The notes below the pieces were generated by a model that did not search any database, was not told the DNA's origin, and saw nothing but the letters and a program-made list of their open reading frames with translations. From an uncultured Actinomycetota bacterium (GTDB lineage Bacteria > Actinomycetota > Actinomycetes > CAVWCF01): a DNA stretch of 64,000 nucleotides. Shown piece by piece: positions 20,052-30,706 of the stretch. Position 1 is the stretch's first letter. Each line of letters begins with the position of its first letter. Position numbers and translations under genes: made by a program. Location: NCBI GenBank assembly GCA_963753435.1, contig CAVWCF010000001.1, positions 1,600,001-1,664,000 of the forward strand, read 5' to 3'.

Positions 20052-21401
20052 ATGCATGGTTGGTCCGCAGAGGATGAGCGCCTAGCCGAAGCCGTTGTGC
20101 GTTACGCGGCGGACCGGTTGCGCATGGACCCGGTCCCCTTGGACGGGCCGCGACCCTACGAGGAACTACTGGCCGAGGTCGGCCAGACGATCACTCCGCA
20201 GGGGATCGGTGGTGAGCGGGCCCTGCGGTTGTTCGATGAGGTCCTGTCGGAGGCATGCATCTCTGTCGACCACCCGCGGTACCTGTCCTTCATCCCGGCC
20301 GCACCTACCGAGGCCAGCACCCTGTTCGACCTGGTCGTCGGCGCCAGCAGCGTCTATGGCGGGTCGTGGTTGGAGGGCGCCGGCGCGGTCTACGCCGAGA
20401 ACCAAGCGCTGCGGTGGGTGGCGGACCTGGCCGGGTACCCAGCGGCGGCCGGCGGCGTCTTCGTCCAGGGCGGAACGCTGGGCAACCTGTCCGCTCTGGT
20501 CGCCGCGCGCCATGCCGCTGCCAGCGCGCGCGGGGACCGACCTGCGCGGTGGGTGGTCGTGTGCAGCGCCGAGGCGCACTCTTCGGTGGAGCACGCCGCC
20601 AGGGTGATGGACATCGACGTCGTCGCCGTTCCCGTCGATGAGCACGGCCGGATGACCGGTGACGAGTTGGAGCGGACGCTGGTGGCTCGGGGCAGTGACG
20701 ACGTGTTCGCTGTCGTCGCCACCGGCGGGACCACCAACTACGGCGTCGTGGACGACTTGGCCGGGGTGGCTGATGTCTGCAACGGGCGTGGGATCTGGCT
20801 GCACGTCGACGGCGCCTACGGTCTGGCGGCCTTGGCCGCCCCCAGTGTCCGGGAACTGTTCAACGGGATCGAGCGCACGGACTCATTCATCGTCGACCCG
20901 CACAAGTGGTTGTTCGCGCCCTTCGACGCTTGTGCATTGCTGTACCGCGACCCGGACCTCGGCCGGCGGGCGCACACCCAGACGGCCGGCTATCTCGACG
21001 TGATCACCGACTCGGGGCAGTTCAACCCGTCGGACTACGCCATCCACCTGTCCCGCCGCGCCCGCGGTCTGCCGTTCTGGTTCTCCCTGGCCACTCACGG
21101 CACCGACGCCTACTCCGCGGCCGTCGAGAAGGGCTTGGCGTTGGCCCACCAGGCGGTGGCCGAGATCCGCACGCGACCGGAGTTGGAGTTGGTCCGTGAG
21201 CCGATGCTCAGCGTGGTCGTGTTCCGCCGGCTGGGCTGGTCCAGTGAGGACTACCACACGTGGAGTGACCGGCTGCTGGCCGAAGGGTTCGCCCTGGTGG
21301 TCCCCACGCGGCACGGCGACGAAACGGTGGCCAGGTTCGCGTTCGTGAACCCGCGCACGACATTGGCCGACGTTACGGACATCCTCGACTCGATGCGGTA
21401 G
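20052..21401 (+). CDS. Group II PLP-dependent amino acid decarboxylase
   Basis: GGTLGNL, WLHVDGAYG, DPHKWL. Confidence 0.9.
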   Translation: MHGWSAEDERLAEAVVRYAADRLRMDPVPLDGPRPYEELLAEVGQTITPQGIGGERALRLFDEVLSEACISVDHPRYLSFIPAAPTEASTLFDLVVGASSVYGGSWLEGAGAVYAENQALRWVADLAGYPAAAGGVFVQGGTLGNLSALVAARHAAASARGDRPARWVVVCSAEAHSSVEHAARVMDIDVVAVPVDEHGRMTGDELERTLVARGSDDVFAVVATGGTTNYGVVDDLAGVADVCNGRGIWLHVDGAYGLAALAAPSVRELFNGIERTDSFIVDPHKWLFAPFDACALLYRDPDLGRRAHTQTAGYLDVITDSGQFNPSDYAIHLSRRARGLPFWFSLATHGTDAYSAAVEKGLALAHQAVAEIRTRPELELVREPMLSVVVFRRLGWSSEDYHTWSDRLLAEGFALVVPTRHGDETVARFAFVNPRTTLADVTDILDSMR

Positions 21402-21440
21402 GGCAGCGGCGCACAGGGCGTTGCGGGAACGGAGTGCGGC

Positions 21441-22427
21441 ATGCGCGTCGTCGTGGCGTTGGGCGGCAACGCGCTGCTGCGTCGCGATGAGGCCATGACC
21501 AGTGACAACCAGAGGGCGAACGTCCGAACTGCCTGTGATGCCCTCGCTCCGGTAGCCGCTGAGCACGAGTTGGTCATCTCGCATGGCAACGGTCCACAGG
21601 TCGGCCTGTTGGCGTTGCAGAGCGCCGCATACGACAAGGTCCCGGCGTATCCGCTGGACATCCTCGATGCCGAGACCCAGGGGATGATCGGCTACCTGAT
21701 CGAGCAGGAGCTGGGCAACCGGCTGCCCTTCGACAAGCCGTTAGCGACCCTGCTGACGATGATCGAGGTGGACCCGGACGACCCGGCCTTCGACAACCCG
21801 ACCAAGCCGATCGGTCCCGGGTACGACGATGCCGAAGCGGAGCAGTTGACCGCTCAGCGGGGTTGGGCGTTCCGGCGAGACGGCCGGCAGTGGCGCCGGG
21901 TGGTCGCATCGCCGGCACCCAAGCGGATCTTCCAGGTTCGCCAGGCCGCCTGGCTGCTGGAACGCGGCGCGGTGGTCATCTGCGCCGGCGGTGGCGGCAT
22001 CCCGGTGATGTACCAGCCGGGTCGGCAGCTGGTCGGCGTCGAAGCAGTCATCGACAAGGACCGGGCTTCGGCGCTGCTGGCGTCGGACCTGGATGCTGAG
22101 GCGTTGGTGCTGGCCACGGACGTGGACGCCGTCTACACCGATTGGGGCACCGAGCGGGCCCGCGCTATCGCCCAAGCGCACCCGGATGCGCTGCTGGCGC
22201 TAACCGCGCAGTTCGATGGCGGCTCGATCGGCCCCAAAACCGAGGCCGCCTGCTCCTTCGCGATCGCCAACCCCGGCCGAGTCGCCGCGATCGGCGGCCT
22301 GCGCGATATCGAAGGGATGCTTGACGGTCGGGCTGGCACCTTGGTGAGCACGCAGTTCGTCGGCCTTGAGTTTCGGCGGCCCGATGCGAAAGGGTCGCGA
22401 TCAGGCAGCGATTCGGCGCAGCCGTGA
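21441..22427 (+). CDS. arcC: Carbamate kinase
   Basis: [37 protein letters not shown]. Confidence 0.95.
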   Translation: MRVVVALGGNALLRRDEAMTSDNQRANVRTACDALAPVAAEHELVISHGNGPQVGLLALQSAAYDKVPAYPLDILDAETQGMIGYLIEQELGNRLPFDKPLATLLTMIEVDPDDPAFDNPTKPIGPGYDDAEAEQLTAQRGWAFRRDGRQWRRVVASPAPKRIFQVRQAAWLLERGAVVICAGGGGIPVMYQPGRQLVGVEAVIDKDRASALLASDLDAEALVLATDVDAVYTDWGTERARAIAQAHPDALLALTAQFDGGSIGPKTEAACSFAIANPGRVAAIGGLRDIEGMLDGRAGTLVSTQFVGLEFRRPDAKGSRSGSDSAQP

Positions 22428-23659
22428 TGGGGGAGACGATGGCGCTCGGCGTGCACTCCGAAGTGGGCACGCTTCGCCGCGTGATGGTGCATCGTCCCGG
22501 CCTGGAGCACCGCCGGCTGACCCCGACGAACGCCAAGGACCTGCTGTTCGACGATGTCATCTGGGTCGAACGTGCCGAGGAGGAGCACGCCGCTTTCGTG
22601 CAGGTCATGCGTGACCGCGGCGTGGAGGTGCTTGAGGTCGAGGATCTGCTGGCCGACGTCATCGGCACTTCCGCCGGCCGGGACTGGATCCTTGAACAGG
22701 TGCTCGGTGAACGGATGGTCGGGCCCACAGCGCATGAACGGGCTGCCGAATGGGTGTCGCAGGCCGACGCAGCGGTTGTCGCTTCCTACTTGATCGGCGG
22801 CGTAACGCGCGATGACGTGGAGTCCGGTCGCGGGCTGTTGTGGGAGTCGTCGGACTTCACGTCGATGATGGTCCCGCCGCTGCCCAACTTCTTGTTCCAA
22901 CGCGACCCCTCCTGCTGGATCTACGACGGGGTCACGCTCAACCCGATGGCCAAGCCCGCGCGTAAACCGGAGACCGCTTTGGTGGAGGCCGTTTACCGCT
23001 TCCACCCGATGTTCACCGCCGACGGCGGCGTGAATGTCTGGTTCGGTGGCAGCGGCCAGGAATGGGGCCGCGCGACCATCGAAGGCGGCGACGTGATGCC
23101 CATTGGCAACGGCGCCGTGCTCATCGGGATGGGGGAGCGCACCTCGCCGCAGGCGGTCGCATTGCTGGCGAGGTCGCTGTTCGAAGCCGGCGCCGCCAAG
23201 CAGGTCCTGGGGGTTCACCTGCCCAAGGCGCGCACGTACATGCACCTGGACACGGTGCTCACCCTTGTCGATCGCGACGCGGTCACCTGTTTTCCCAAGG
23301 TGATCGACGCGGCCCGGGTCTGGTCGCTGCGCCCTGGTGACGGACCGGGTGAATTGGTCACCGAGGAATTGTCCGGGGGGCTGCTGCGAAACCTCGCCGA
23401 CGCGCTTGGCCTGGACGAGTTGCGAGCCATCACCACCGGCGGCGACTCCTACGAGGCCCAGCGCGAGCAATGGGATGACGGGAACAACGTCGTGGCGCTG
23501 GCTCCCGGAGTCGTGGTGGCGTACGAGCGAAACACGTTCACCAACGAGAAACTGGCTCGCGCGGGGATCGAGGTGCTGCCGATCGCCGGGTCGGAGTTGG
23601 GCAAGGGCCGCGGCGGTGGACACTGTATGACCTGTCCGCTGCAGCGCGACGCTGTCTGA
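22427..23659 (+). CDS. arcA: Arginine deiminase
   Basis: [42 protein letters not shown]; alternative start 22439. Confidence 0.96.
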   Translation: MGETMALGVHSEVGTLRRVMVHRPGLEHRRLTPTNAKDLLFDDVIWVERAEEEHAAFVQVMRDRGVEVLEVEDLLADVIGTSAGRDWILEQVLGERMVGPTAHERAAEWVSQADAAVVASYLIGGVTRDDVESGRGLLWESSDFTSMMVPPLPNFLFQRDPSCWIYDGVTLNPMAKPARKPETALVEAVYRFHPMFTADGGVNVWFGGSGQEWGRATIEGGDVMPIGNGAVLIGMGERTSPQAVALLARSLFEAGAAKQVLGVHLPKARTYMHLDTVLTLVDRDAVTCFPKVIDAARVWSLRPGDGPGELVTEELSGGLLRNLADALGLDELRAITTGGDSYEAQREQWDDGNNVVALAPGVVVAYERNTFTNEKLARAGIEVLPIAGSELGKGRGGGHCMTCPLQRDAV

Positions 23660-23699
23660 CCCAGAGCCTGACACCGGTCCGGTACGACCAAGGAGACGC

Positions 23700-24701
23700 A
23701 TGCCCGACCTGCGCCAGCGCAGCTTCCTGAAGGAAGCTGACTTCACAGCGGCGGAGTTCGCCCACCTGCTGGACTCCGCTGCGCAACTGAAGGCGGCCAA
23801 GTCGGCGGGCGCGGAGGAGCAGCGCCTGCGCGGCAAGAACATCGCGTTGCTGTTCGAGAAGACATCCACCCGCACCCGGTGTGCTTTTGAGGTGGCAGCG
23901 CACGATCAGGGCGCGCACACGACCTACCTGGATCCGTCGGGTTCGCAGATCGGTCACAAGGAGTCCATCGCCGACAGCGGCCGGGTGCTGGGCCGCATGT
24001 TCGACGCCATCCAGTACCGCGGCAACGACCAGGCCACGGTGGAAACCCTCGCCGAGCACGCGGGGGTGCCCGTCTACAACGGCTTGACCAATGAGTGGCA
24101 CCCAACGCAGATGCTGGCCGACTTCCTGACGATGCGCGAGCACAGCGGCAAACCCGATGCGGAGTTGAAATACGCCTACCTGGGTGACGCCCGTTTCAAC
24201 ATGGGTCGTTCACTGCTGGTCACCGGCGCGCTGCTGGGTTGTGATGTGCGGCTGGTGTGTCCGCCGCAGATGGCGCCACCGGCAGACGTCGTGGACCTGG
24301 CGCGAACCTTGGCCGAAACCTCGGGCGCGAACCTGACGATCACCGATGACGTCGCCGCCGGGGTGCGCGACGTCGACTTCGTGCACACCGACGTCTGGGT
24401 GTCGATGGGGGAGCCGAAGAATGTCTGGGCCGAGCGGGTGGACCTGCTGCGCGGCTTCCAGGTGAACGAGTCGGTGCTGGCGGCCACGGGCAATCCAGAT
24501 GCCAAGTTCATGCACTGTCTGCCGGCTTTCCACGACACCAGCACGACCGTCGGAGCTGAGGTGATGGCAGCGACCGGCATGCCCGATGGGCTGGAGGTGA
24601 CCGACTCGGTCTTCGAATCCGGCGCCAGCGTCGTCTTCGACCAGGCGGAGAACCGCATGCACACCATCAAGGCGCTGATGGTGGCGACTCTCGCCGATTG
24701 A
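23700..24701 (+). CDS. argF: Ornithine carbamoyltransferase (catabolic by context)
   Basis: [23 protein letters not shown]. Confidence 0.95.
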   Translation: MPDLRQRSFLKEADFTAAEFAHLLDSAAQLKAAKSAGAEEQRLRGKNIALLFEKTSTRTRCAFEVAAHDQGAHTTYLDPSGSQIGHKESIADSGRVLGRMFDAIQYRGNDQATVETLAEHAGVPVYNGLTNEWHPTQMLADFLTMREHSGKPDAELKYAYLGDARFNMGRSLLVTGALLGCDVRLVCPPQMAPPADVVDLARTLAETSGANLTITDDVAAGVRDVDFVHTDVWVSMGEPKNVWAERVDLLRGFQVNESVLAATGNPDAKFMHCLPAFHDTSTTVGAEVMAATGMPDGLEVTDSVFESGASVVFDQAENRMHTIKALMVATLAD

Positions 24702-24734
24702 TGCGACTTGGGCGCGGGTGCCCGTGTCGCCGGA

Positions 24735-25934
24735 CTACCCGGCCAGCACGGCCAGCAATGTGTCGATAGCCAAGTCCAAGTCTGCTTCCTCGATCACCAG
24801 TGGCGGAGCCAGCCGGATGGTGTGCTCGTGGGTGTCCTTGGCCAGCACCCCGCGAGCCATGAGTTCCTCGCACGCGGCGCGCGCGGAAACACCGTCGGCC
24901 AACTCCACACCGATCCACAGCCCCCGGCCGCGCACCTCCTTGACGACGGCCGGCGCTTCGCGCTGCAACCGTCGTAGTGCGTGCTGACCCAATTCGGCTG
25001 AGCGCTGCTGCAGTTCGCCGCCGCGCAGCAGCGCAACCACCTCGTGGCCGACGGCCGCCGCCAGCGGGTTGCCCCCGAAGGTGGACCCGTGTTCACCGGG
25101 GCGCAGCACGCTCAGCACGTCGCCTCGGCCCGCAACCGCAGACACCGGCAGCAGCCCACCGCCCAGTGCCTTGCCCAGGATCACCAGATCGGGACGCACT
25201 TGCTCGTGCTCAACGGCGAGAGTCGTGCCGGCGCGGCCCAGTCCGGACTGCACCTCGTCAGCGATCAGCAGGACGTCGTTGGCGTCGCAGAGTTCTCGTG
25301 CGGTGCGCAGGTAGCCGTCCGGTGGGATGACGACACCTGCCTCGCCCTGAATCGGTTCGACCAGGAAGCCGACCACGTTGGGGTCGGCAAGCGCCTCGGC
25401 CAACGCGGGCGCGTCGCCGTAACCGACGGTGACGAACCCTGGGGTGTACGGGCCGAAGTCGGCGCGCGCATCCGGGTCGGTGGAGAAGGAGATGACCGTT
25501 GTGGTGCGTCCGTGAAAGTTGCCTTCGCAAACGACTATGACCGCCTGGTCCGGCGGTACGCCCTTGACGCGGTAGCCCCAGGCGCGGGCGAGCTTGATGG
25601 CTGACTCCACCGCTTCGACGCCGGTGTTCATGGGCAGCACCCGGTCCTGGCCGACCAGTTCGGCCAGCGACTGCAGGAAGGGCCCGAGTTGGTCGTTGTG
25701 AAACGCGCGTGAGGTCAGCGTCAGCCGGTGCAACTGCGACTCCAGCGCGGCCACCAACTGCGGGTGACAGTGCCCGAAGTTGAGGGCGCTGTACGCGGCC
25801 AGCAGGTCCAGGTATCGCTTGCCGTCCACGTCGGTGACCCAGGCGCCTTCACCGCGGGCGATCACCACGGGCAGCGGGTGGTAGTTGTGCGCGCCGACGC
25901 CGTCTTCCAGCGCGATGTACGCGGCTGAGTCCAT
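24735..25934 (-). CDS. rocD: Ornithine--oxo-acid transaminase
   Basis: AHNYHPLPVV, AYSALNFGH, NFHGRT, DEVQSGLGR, HGSTFGGNPLA. Confidence 0.93.
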   Translation of the reverse strand: MDSAAYIALEDGVGAHNYHPLPVVIARGEGAWVTDVDGKRYLDLLAAYSALNFGHCHPQLVAALESQLHRLTLTSRAFHNDQLGPFLQSLAELVGQDRVLPMNTGVEAVESAIKLARAWGYRVKGVPPDQAVIVVCEGNFHGRTTTVISFSTDPDARADFGPYTPGFVTVGYGDAPALAEALADPNVVGFLVEPIQGEAGVVIPPDGYLRTARELCDANDVLLIADEVQSGLGRAGTTLAVEHEQVRPDLVILGKALGGGLLPVSAVAGRGDVLSVLRPGEHGSTFGGNPLAAAVGHEVVALLRGGELQQRSAELGQHALRRLQREAPAVVKEVRGRGLWIGVELADGVSARAACEELMARGVLAKDTHEHTIRLAPPLVIEEADLDLAIDTLLAVLAG

Positions 25935-25973
25935 GCTGGAGCGTAAGCACAACCAGGATCAGTTGCGCGGCTT

Positions 25974-26825
25974 TCACGCCCCGCCGGCGGCGATCATGCC
26001 GATGCCCACCATTGCCGCGGCCACACCCACTTGCTGCACTCGCAGCAGCCGCTCGTTGTGGAACACACGGGCCAAGGCGACCGTCACGACCGGGTACAGC
26101 GACGCCGGCACCGCAACCACCGCCAGCAGCCCCGCGGTCGAGGCCAGCGCGAAGGTGGCGTTGGCACCCAGGTCGAACAGGCCGATCGCGACCAGCGCCG
26201 GCACGTCGGCGCGGCGCAGCCCACCGACACGACGAAGCGTCAGGAACGCCGCAAGCATGAGGAGCACGCTGGTGCTGCGCTGTGTCAGCAGGGTCATGCC
26301 AACGCTGGCTTGGGCGCCTTCGGCGACGAAGACCAGGACCAGCCCGAACCCGACCGCGGCGATCAGGGCCAGAACCAGCGCGCGCCAACCGCCGCGTGCC
26401 GACCCGGACTCGATCCCCCGGACTTCCGGGCCGCTGGCGAGAATGACTCCGGCAACGGCCAGGACGATCCCGAGCAGGGTCAGCGTGCTGGGTCGTTCCC
26501 CGGCGGCCAGCCCGATTGCCACCGGCACGACGACACCGGTGGCGGCCACTGGCGCGACCACGCCCATGGTCCCGACCGCCAGCGCCGCGTAGAAGGCGAT
26601 CAGGGCCACCAGCCCGGTTACGCCCGCGGCGATGCCCCACCAGAGGTAGCCGGTGGGGTCGTCAGCGGCGCCGAGGAGGAGCACGACGGGCAGCAGGACC
26701 GCCCAGGCGATGGCCTGTGACGCACCCACCACGGCGACCGGCGCAGCTCGGCGCGACAGCGTGCCGCCCAGGAAGTCGGCGGTGCCCCAGAGCAGGCTCG
26801 ACGTGAGCGCGAGGAGGGCGGCCAT
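25974..26825 (-). CDS. EamA/DMT family transporter
   Basis: About 10 TM segments, WGTADFLGG, SLYPVVT. Confidence 0.85.
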   Translation of the reverse strand: MAALLALTSSLLWGTADFLGGTLSRRAAPVAVVGASQAIAWAVLLPVVLLLGAADDPTGYLWWGIAAGVTGLVALIAFYAALAVGTMGVVAPVAATGVVVPVAIGLAAGERPSTLTLLGIVLAVAGVILASGPEVRGIESGSARGGWRALVLALIAAVGFGLVLVFVAEGAQASVGMTLLTQRSTSVLLMLAAFLTLRRVGGLRRADVPALVAIGLFDLGANATFALASTAGLLAVVAVPASLYPVVTVALARVFHNERLLRVQQVGVAAAMVGIGMIAAGGA

Positions 26826-26873
26826 TGGTAAGTCCTACACTTCATCCGGAACCAGCAGACCGGGTGTCTGCAC

Positions 26874-26949
26874 GCCGGCGTGGCGCAATTGGCAGCGCAC
26901 CTGTCTTGTAAACAGGCGGTTCCCGGTTCGAGTCCGGGCGTCGGCTCCA
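26874..26949 (+). tRNA. tRNA-Thr (anticodon UGU)
   Basis: Cloverleaf: GCCGGCG/CGTCGGC acceptor, CCTGT-CT-TGT-AA-ACAGG anticodon arm, GGTTCGAGTCC T-arm, encoded CCA. Confidence 0.97.
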
Positions 26950-26981
26950 GTTCGGAGCCGGTTAGGGCCGTTCGCGCTCCG

Positions 26982-27359
26982 TCACCATTCTGCGTAGAGA
27001 TCGTCGCCATCGCGCGCGACCGGATAAGTGGTCAGCGGTGACGGCTTGCGGCCCATGCCGATCAACTTCTGCGACCACCCCGGGACCTTGCGGCCGGCGA
27101 AGCCGACCGCCCAGTCGCGGTTCTCCCCGGAACAGAGGTCGAAGCGGGAACTGTGCCACGGGCAGGTGATCTCGCCGTTCTCCGCGTGCGGCCCGCCGGG
27201 GCCTTTGGTCAGCGACAGCCCCATGTGCGGGCAGCGGTTCTTCACGACGCACACGTTGTCGCCGTCCCGCCACACCACGAGGTTCGTGCCGTCGATGCTG
27301 ACGGGGGTGGCCTGCCCGTCAGCGAATTCCGTGAACGCACCGATTCGATGTTTGGTCAT
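26982..27359 (-). CDS. Rieske [2Fe-2S] ferredoxin-like protein
   Basis: CPH...CPWH ligand motifs. Confidence 0.88.
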   Translation of the reverse strand: MTKHRIGAFTEFADGQATPVSIDGTNLVVWRDGDNVCVVKNRCPHMGLSLTKGPGGPHAENGEITCPWHSSRFDLCSGENRDWAVGFAGRKVPGWSQKLIGMGRKPSPLTTYPVARDGDDLYAEW

Positions 27360-27413
27360 GGCTCGACCCTAGGGTTTGCGGTCGGGAAGCATCCGGGGAA
27401 GGCGGCTCTGGCA

Positions 27414-27429
27414 ATACCCCGGGGGGTAT
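27414..27429. promoter_or_regulatory. CsoR/RcnR-family operator palindrome
   Basis: ATACCCCGGGGGGTAT overlapping -10-like TATGCT; sister site at 52003. Confidence 0.7.
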
Positions 27430-27471
27430 GCTACGGTTCGCCATCACGTTTCGAGACAGGAGAACGATTCG

Positions 27472-27588
27472 ATGTGTAGCCCCGCTCGCTGCCGCCGCTG
27501 CGGCAAGGCCACGTACTCCGGCTGTGGCATGCATGTGGACCAGGTGCTTGGCGGCGTGCCCGCTTCGGAGCGCTGCTCCTGCCGATGA
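27472..27588 (+). CDS. 38-aa cysteine-rich peptide
   Basis: MCSPARCRRCGKATYSGCGMHVDQVLGGVPASERCSCR; CAGGAG RBS; 6 Cys + 1 His. Confidence 0.7.
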   Translation: MCSPARCRRCGKATYSGCGMHVDQVLGGVPASERCSCR

Positions 27589-27782
27589 ACGGCAACACGC
27601 GCGCCTACTCTGAGCGCGTGGAGAACCACGTGGAGCACATCGACCCGTTGATCCTCGACTCCGTGCACGCCGTCCGGGACCGGTTCGGACCGGACGGATT
27701 GCGCGCTCTCATCGCCGAGGCCGAAGCGGAGATCGCCCAGGCCGAGTCGGCGATGGACAAGTTGGAGCCTTCGCCTGAATAA
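27585..27782 (+). CDS. Hypothetical protein (65 aa)
   Basis: ATGA overlap with the upstream peptide; acidic helical sequence. Confidence 0.6.
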   Translation: MNGNTRAYSERVENHVEHIDPLILDSVHAVRDRFGPDGLRALIAEAEAEIAQAESAMDKLEPSPE

Positions 27783-27799
27783 GCGGCGATGATTCGCCA

Positions 27800-28501
27800 G
27801 TGAATCTCGCCCAGCCCCAGCCGACCACTCGGCGCTGGGCTCCGGTCGTTGTCGTGATCGCTGCGCTGCTCGCCACGAATCTTCTGGACAACTGGCTTTG
27901 GCCCGACGGCTATCTCCTTGTGCACGTTGCCGTAGCTGTTCTGCTTGTCGGCGTAGCCCGGCGCGACGGCCGCACATGGCACGACCTCGGCCTGGCCGGC
28001 GCCGACTGGCGTCGTGGTCTCGTCTGGGCCGCATGGCTGGTCGCCATCGTCGCCGGCGTCTTGGCTCTTGCGGCTCTGCTGCCCGCCTTCTCCGGTTTCT
28101 TCGATGACCAGAAGGCCGCCGACCTCTCCGCGGCCGCGCTGGCGTTTCAGATGTTCGTCCGAATCCCGCTGGGCACCGCAGTCTTCGAGGAGCTGGCGTT
28201 TCGGGGGGTGCTGCTGGCCCTGCTGATCCCGCGGCTTGGGCTGCGAAGTGCGGCGATCCTGTCGTCATTGCTTTTCGGCGTGTGGCACGTGTTGCCTAGC
28301 CTGAGCCTGGCCGATCGCAACGAGGGGCTTTCCGGGGTGGGGCTTTGGGCGGTGCTCCTTTCGGTCCTGTTCACGACGCTGGCCGGGTTGTTCCTGACGT
28401 GGATCCGGGTCAGGTCGGGTTCGCTGATCGCTCCGGCAGCGCTGCACTGGGCGGTCAACGCTCTGGCGTTGGCAGCCGCCTGGCTTGTGGCCGCCTCCTG
28501 A
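27800..28501 (+). CDS. CPBP (CAAX/Abi) intramembrane metalloprotease
   Basis: FEELAFRG, LFGVWH, HWAVN motifs. Confidence 0.9.
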   Translation: MNLAQPQPTTRRWAPVVVVIAALLATNLLDNWLWPDGYLLVHVAVAVLLVGVARRDGRTWHDLGLAGADWRRGLVWAAWLVAIVAGVLALAALLPAFSGFFDDQKAADLSAAALAFQMFVRIPLGTAVFEELAFRGVLLALLIPRLGLRSAAILSSLLFGVWHVLPSLSLADRNEGLSGVGLWAVLLSVLFTTLAGLFLTWIRVRSGSLIAPAALHWAVNALALAAAWLVAAS

Positions 28502-28559
28502 CTACGGCTCCTCAGCGCGCCTCGTCGGTGCCGGTCCGTCGGCTTGGCACAGTTAACGG

Positions 28560-29306
28560 ATGGCCATGGGTTTGCGGGCGAAGGACGCGGAGTCGCTCGC
28601 GCGCTACGAACGATCGACGGCGCTCCCGGTGTACGCCCTCGCCTTCGTGGCTCTGGTTGCCTTCATCGGCTGGCTCCCCGACTCCCAGTTCTCAAGTGGC
28701 ACTCTGGTCATCTACGCGATCTGCAACGTGCTCTTGCTGGCAGACCTGCTGATCCGGGTGGTGCTGGCGCCGGACGCCCGACGCTTCCTGACCCGCCATC
28801 CGTTCGACGTACTCAGCGTCATCTTTGTGCCGCTGCGTCTGTTGGGAGTGCAACGGCTGTGGCGACTCGTCGGGCCGCAGTTCGATTCGCCCAAGACGGC
28901 GCTACGCGGGGTCATGGCGGTCGCCATCGTCCTCGTGCTGATCGGCGGTTCGTTCATCGCGCTGGTGGAGCGCGCACCAGACAGCAACATCAACGGCGTC
29001 GGCGACGGCATCTGGTGGGCGTTCGTCACGATCACCACGGTTGGCTATGGGGACGAGTTCCCAGTCACGACGTCAGGGCGCCTCATCGGCATAGTCACGA
29101 TGGCCGCCGGGATCGCGGTGTGGTCCGTACTCACCGCGACTATCGCCAGTCGGTTCAATCGGGCCATGGCGGCGCGCAGCACCGGCGACGATGTGATGGA
29201 CGAGCGCGACATTGCCGCGCACCTGGCTCAGCTGGAGCGGAGTATCAGCGAACTGTCGAGCCGACTGCCTCAGCCGGGCGCCGGGTCCGAAGGCGGCAAG
29301 ACGTAG
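28560..29306 (+). CDS. Potassium channel protein
   Basis: WWAFVTITTVGYGD selectivity filter. Confidence 0.92.
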   Translation: MAMGLRAKDAESLARYERSTALPVYALAFVALVAFIGWLPDSQFSSGTLVIYAICNVLLLADLLIRVVLAPDARRFLTRHPFDVLSVIFVPLRLLGVQRLWRLVGPQFDSPKTALRGVMAVAIVLVLIGGSFIALVERAPDSNINGVGDGIWWAFVTITTVGYGDEFPVTTSGRLIGIVTMAAGIAVWSVLTATIASRFNRAMAARSTGDDVMDERDIAAHLAQLERSISELSSRLPQPGAGSEGGKT

Positions 29307-29620
29307 ACCTTGCGCAGGGTTTCGTGCACTGTCCACGTTGTCTCTGCACCGCGTTGCAGTATGCCGATGTCACCTGGTCCCACCTCGAGCGTCGGCCCGT
29401 TGGCAACCTCGATCGTCGCCCGGCCCTTGAGGACCACAAAGACCTCGTCGGCCTCCACGTCCGTCGAGGTACCGACGGAGTGTTGCCATACGCCCACTTC
29501 CAGCGGCGCATCGCTGACCTCAGCGGCGGCAACGTCCGGCGTCCCCGCGAGCACCTGGTCAGGGTCCAAGGGCGTTGGATCCAGGGGGAGTTGCTGGGCG
29601 TGCACCACGCGGCAAGTCAT
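29270..29620 (-). CDS. Cupin domain protein (DUF861/Cupin_3)
   Basis: VGVWQH..G, DEVFVVL.G.ATI, T.W.V.ETLRKVY. Confidence 0.85.
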   Translation of the reverse strand: MTCRVVHAQQLPLDPTPLDPDQVLAGTPDVAAAEVSDAPLEVGVWQHSVGTSTDVEADEVFVVLKGRATIEVANGPTLEVGPGDIGILQRGAETTWTVHETLRKVYVLPPSDPAPG

Positions 29621-29739
29621 GCGGCCACGCTAGCGGCGCGGGTGAATGACACCGTTGGGATTCGACGGATACAGTTGCCGCGCGGCCCGGGAGGGGAAGC
29701 CCGGGCCGCACTGAAGCAGCACGAGAGGGGATCGCCCGG

Positions 29740-30027
29740 ATGCAGGCCGCAGAGCGCGACGCCGCGCAGCCCGCTGAGTCGCTATCCGACCGTGACCGCA
29801 GCATCCTGGAGTTCGAGCGCCAGTGGTGGAAGTTCGCCGGCGCCAAGGAACAGGCGATCCGTGACCTCTTCGGCATGTCCAGTACCCGCTACTACCAAGT
29901 GCTGAATGCGCTGATCGACCGCCCCGGTGCGTTGGAGTTCGACCCCCTCCTGGTCAAGCGTCTTCGGCGACTACGGGCGTCCCGGCAGCGGGCTCGCGCT
30001 GCCCGGCGACTGGGCTTCGAGGCCTGA
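29740..30027 (+). CDS. DUF3263 domain protein
   Basis: ILEFERQWW...GAKEQAIR..F.MS.TRYYQVLN.LID. Confidence 0.92.
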   Translation: MQAAERDAAQPAESLSDRDRSILEFERQWWKFAGAKEQAIRDLFGMSSTRYYQVLNALIDRPGALEFDPLLVKRLRRLRASRQRARAARRLGFEA

Positions 30028-30035
30028 GCGCAGCG

Positions 30036-30635
30036 ATGAGTCCGGGACAGCACCGTGCCGGTGCACAGGTTGAGGGCGCCGAGGTCGAAACCGAGACCCG
30101 CGACCGGTCCTGGGTGCCGTCAATCCTGCTGGGCGCGGTCGTAGCGGTACTAGTGGGCGTGGGGCTGCTCGGCTGGCTCAACAACGGCACCGACGATGTT
30201 GCCGCGACACCGGTCACGACCCCGACGCCGGTGGCCCAGCCCACGCCGACCCCTACTCCTACTCCGACGCCGACCCCGAGCCCAACTCCCACGGCGACCC
30301 CGAGCCCCACGGCTACTGCCACCCCCACGCCGACGCCGTCGGCCAGCCGCATTCCGCCGGCGCAGGCGCCGCAGATCGCGGTACTGAACCAGTCCGGCGT
30401 GGCCGGCGAGGCGGCCCGAGTGGCGGCGGAGTTGGACAACCTCGGCTACAGCGTGACGGGCGTCGGCAACTGGCGTGGCAACGTGCCGGCAACCACCGTC
30501 TACTACCCGCCGGGCGAGGAAGCAGCGGCGGCTCAGGTCGCTGCCGACCTCGGCGTGAGCCGCACCAGGGAGCGCGTGGACCCGATGCGCCAGGACGCGC
30601 TGACGGTCATCATCACTGCCGCGCTCGACCTCTGA
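30036..30635 (+). CDS. LytR C-terminal domain protein with TM helix and (PT)n linker
   Basis: VLNQSGVAG.A, GVGN, TTVYY..G.E.AA; Pro/Thr repeat at ~30219-30340. Confidence 0.85.
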   Translation: MSPGQHRAGAQVEGAEVETETRDRSWVPSILLGAVVAVLVGVGLLGWLNNGTDDVAATPVTTPTPVAQPTPTPTPTPTPTPSPTPTATPSPTATATPTPTPSASRIPPAQAPQIAVLNQSGVAGEAARVAAELDNLGYSVTGVGNWRGNVPATTVYYPPGEEAAAAQVAADLGVSRTRERVDPMRQDALTVIITAALDL

Positions 30636-30706
30636 TTCGCGCTCATCCCCGGGGCCGGTTCGGCCTGCCGCTCGACTGAAGTACTCTTCGGCCCCACAAC
30701 CGAATA

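Noticed and set aside
26874-29620. Genomic island at tRNA-Thr
   Set aside because: No integrase and no direct repeat of the tRNA 3' end found; only a short inverted match right after the CCA
30219-30340. Short periodic repeats resembling an array
   Set aside because: Coding (PT)n linker, not CRISPR; no spacers or cas genes
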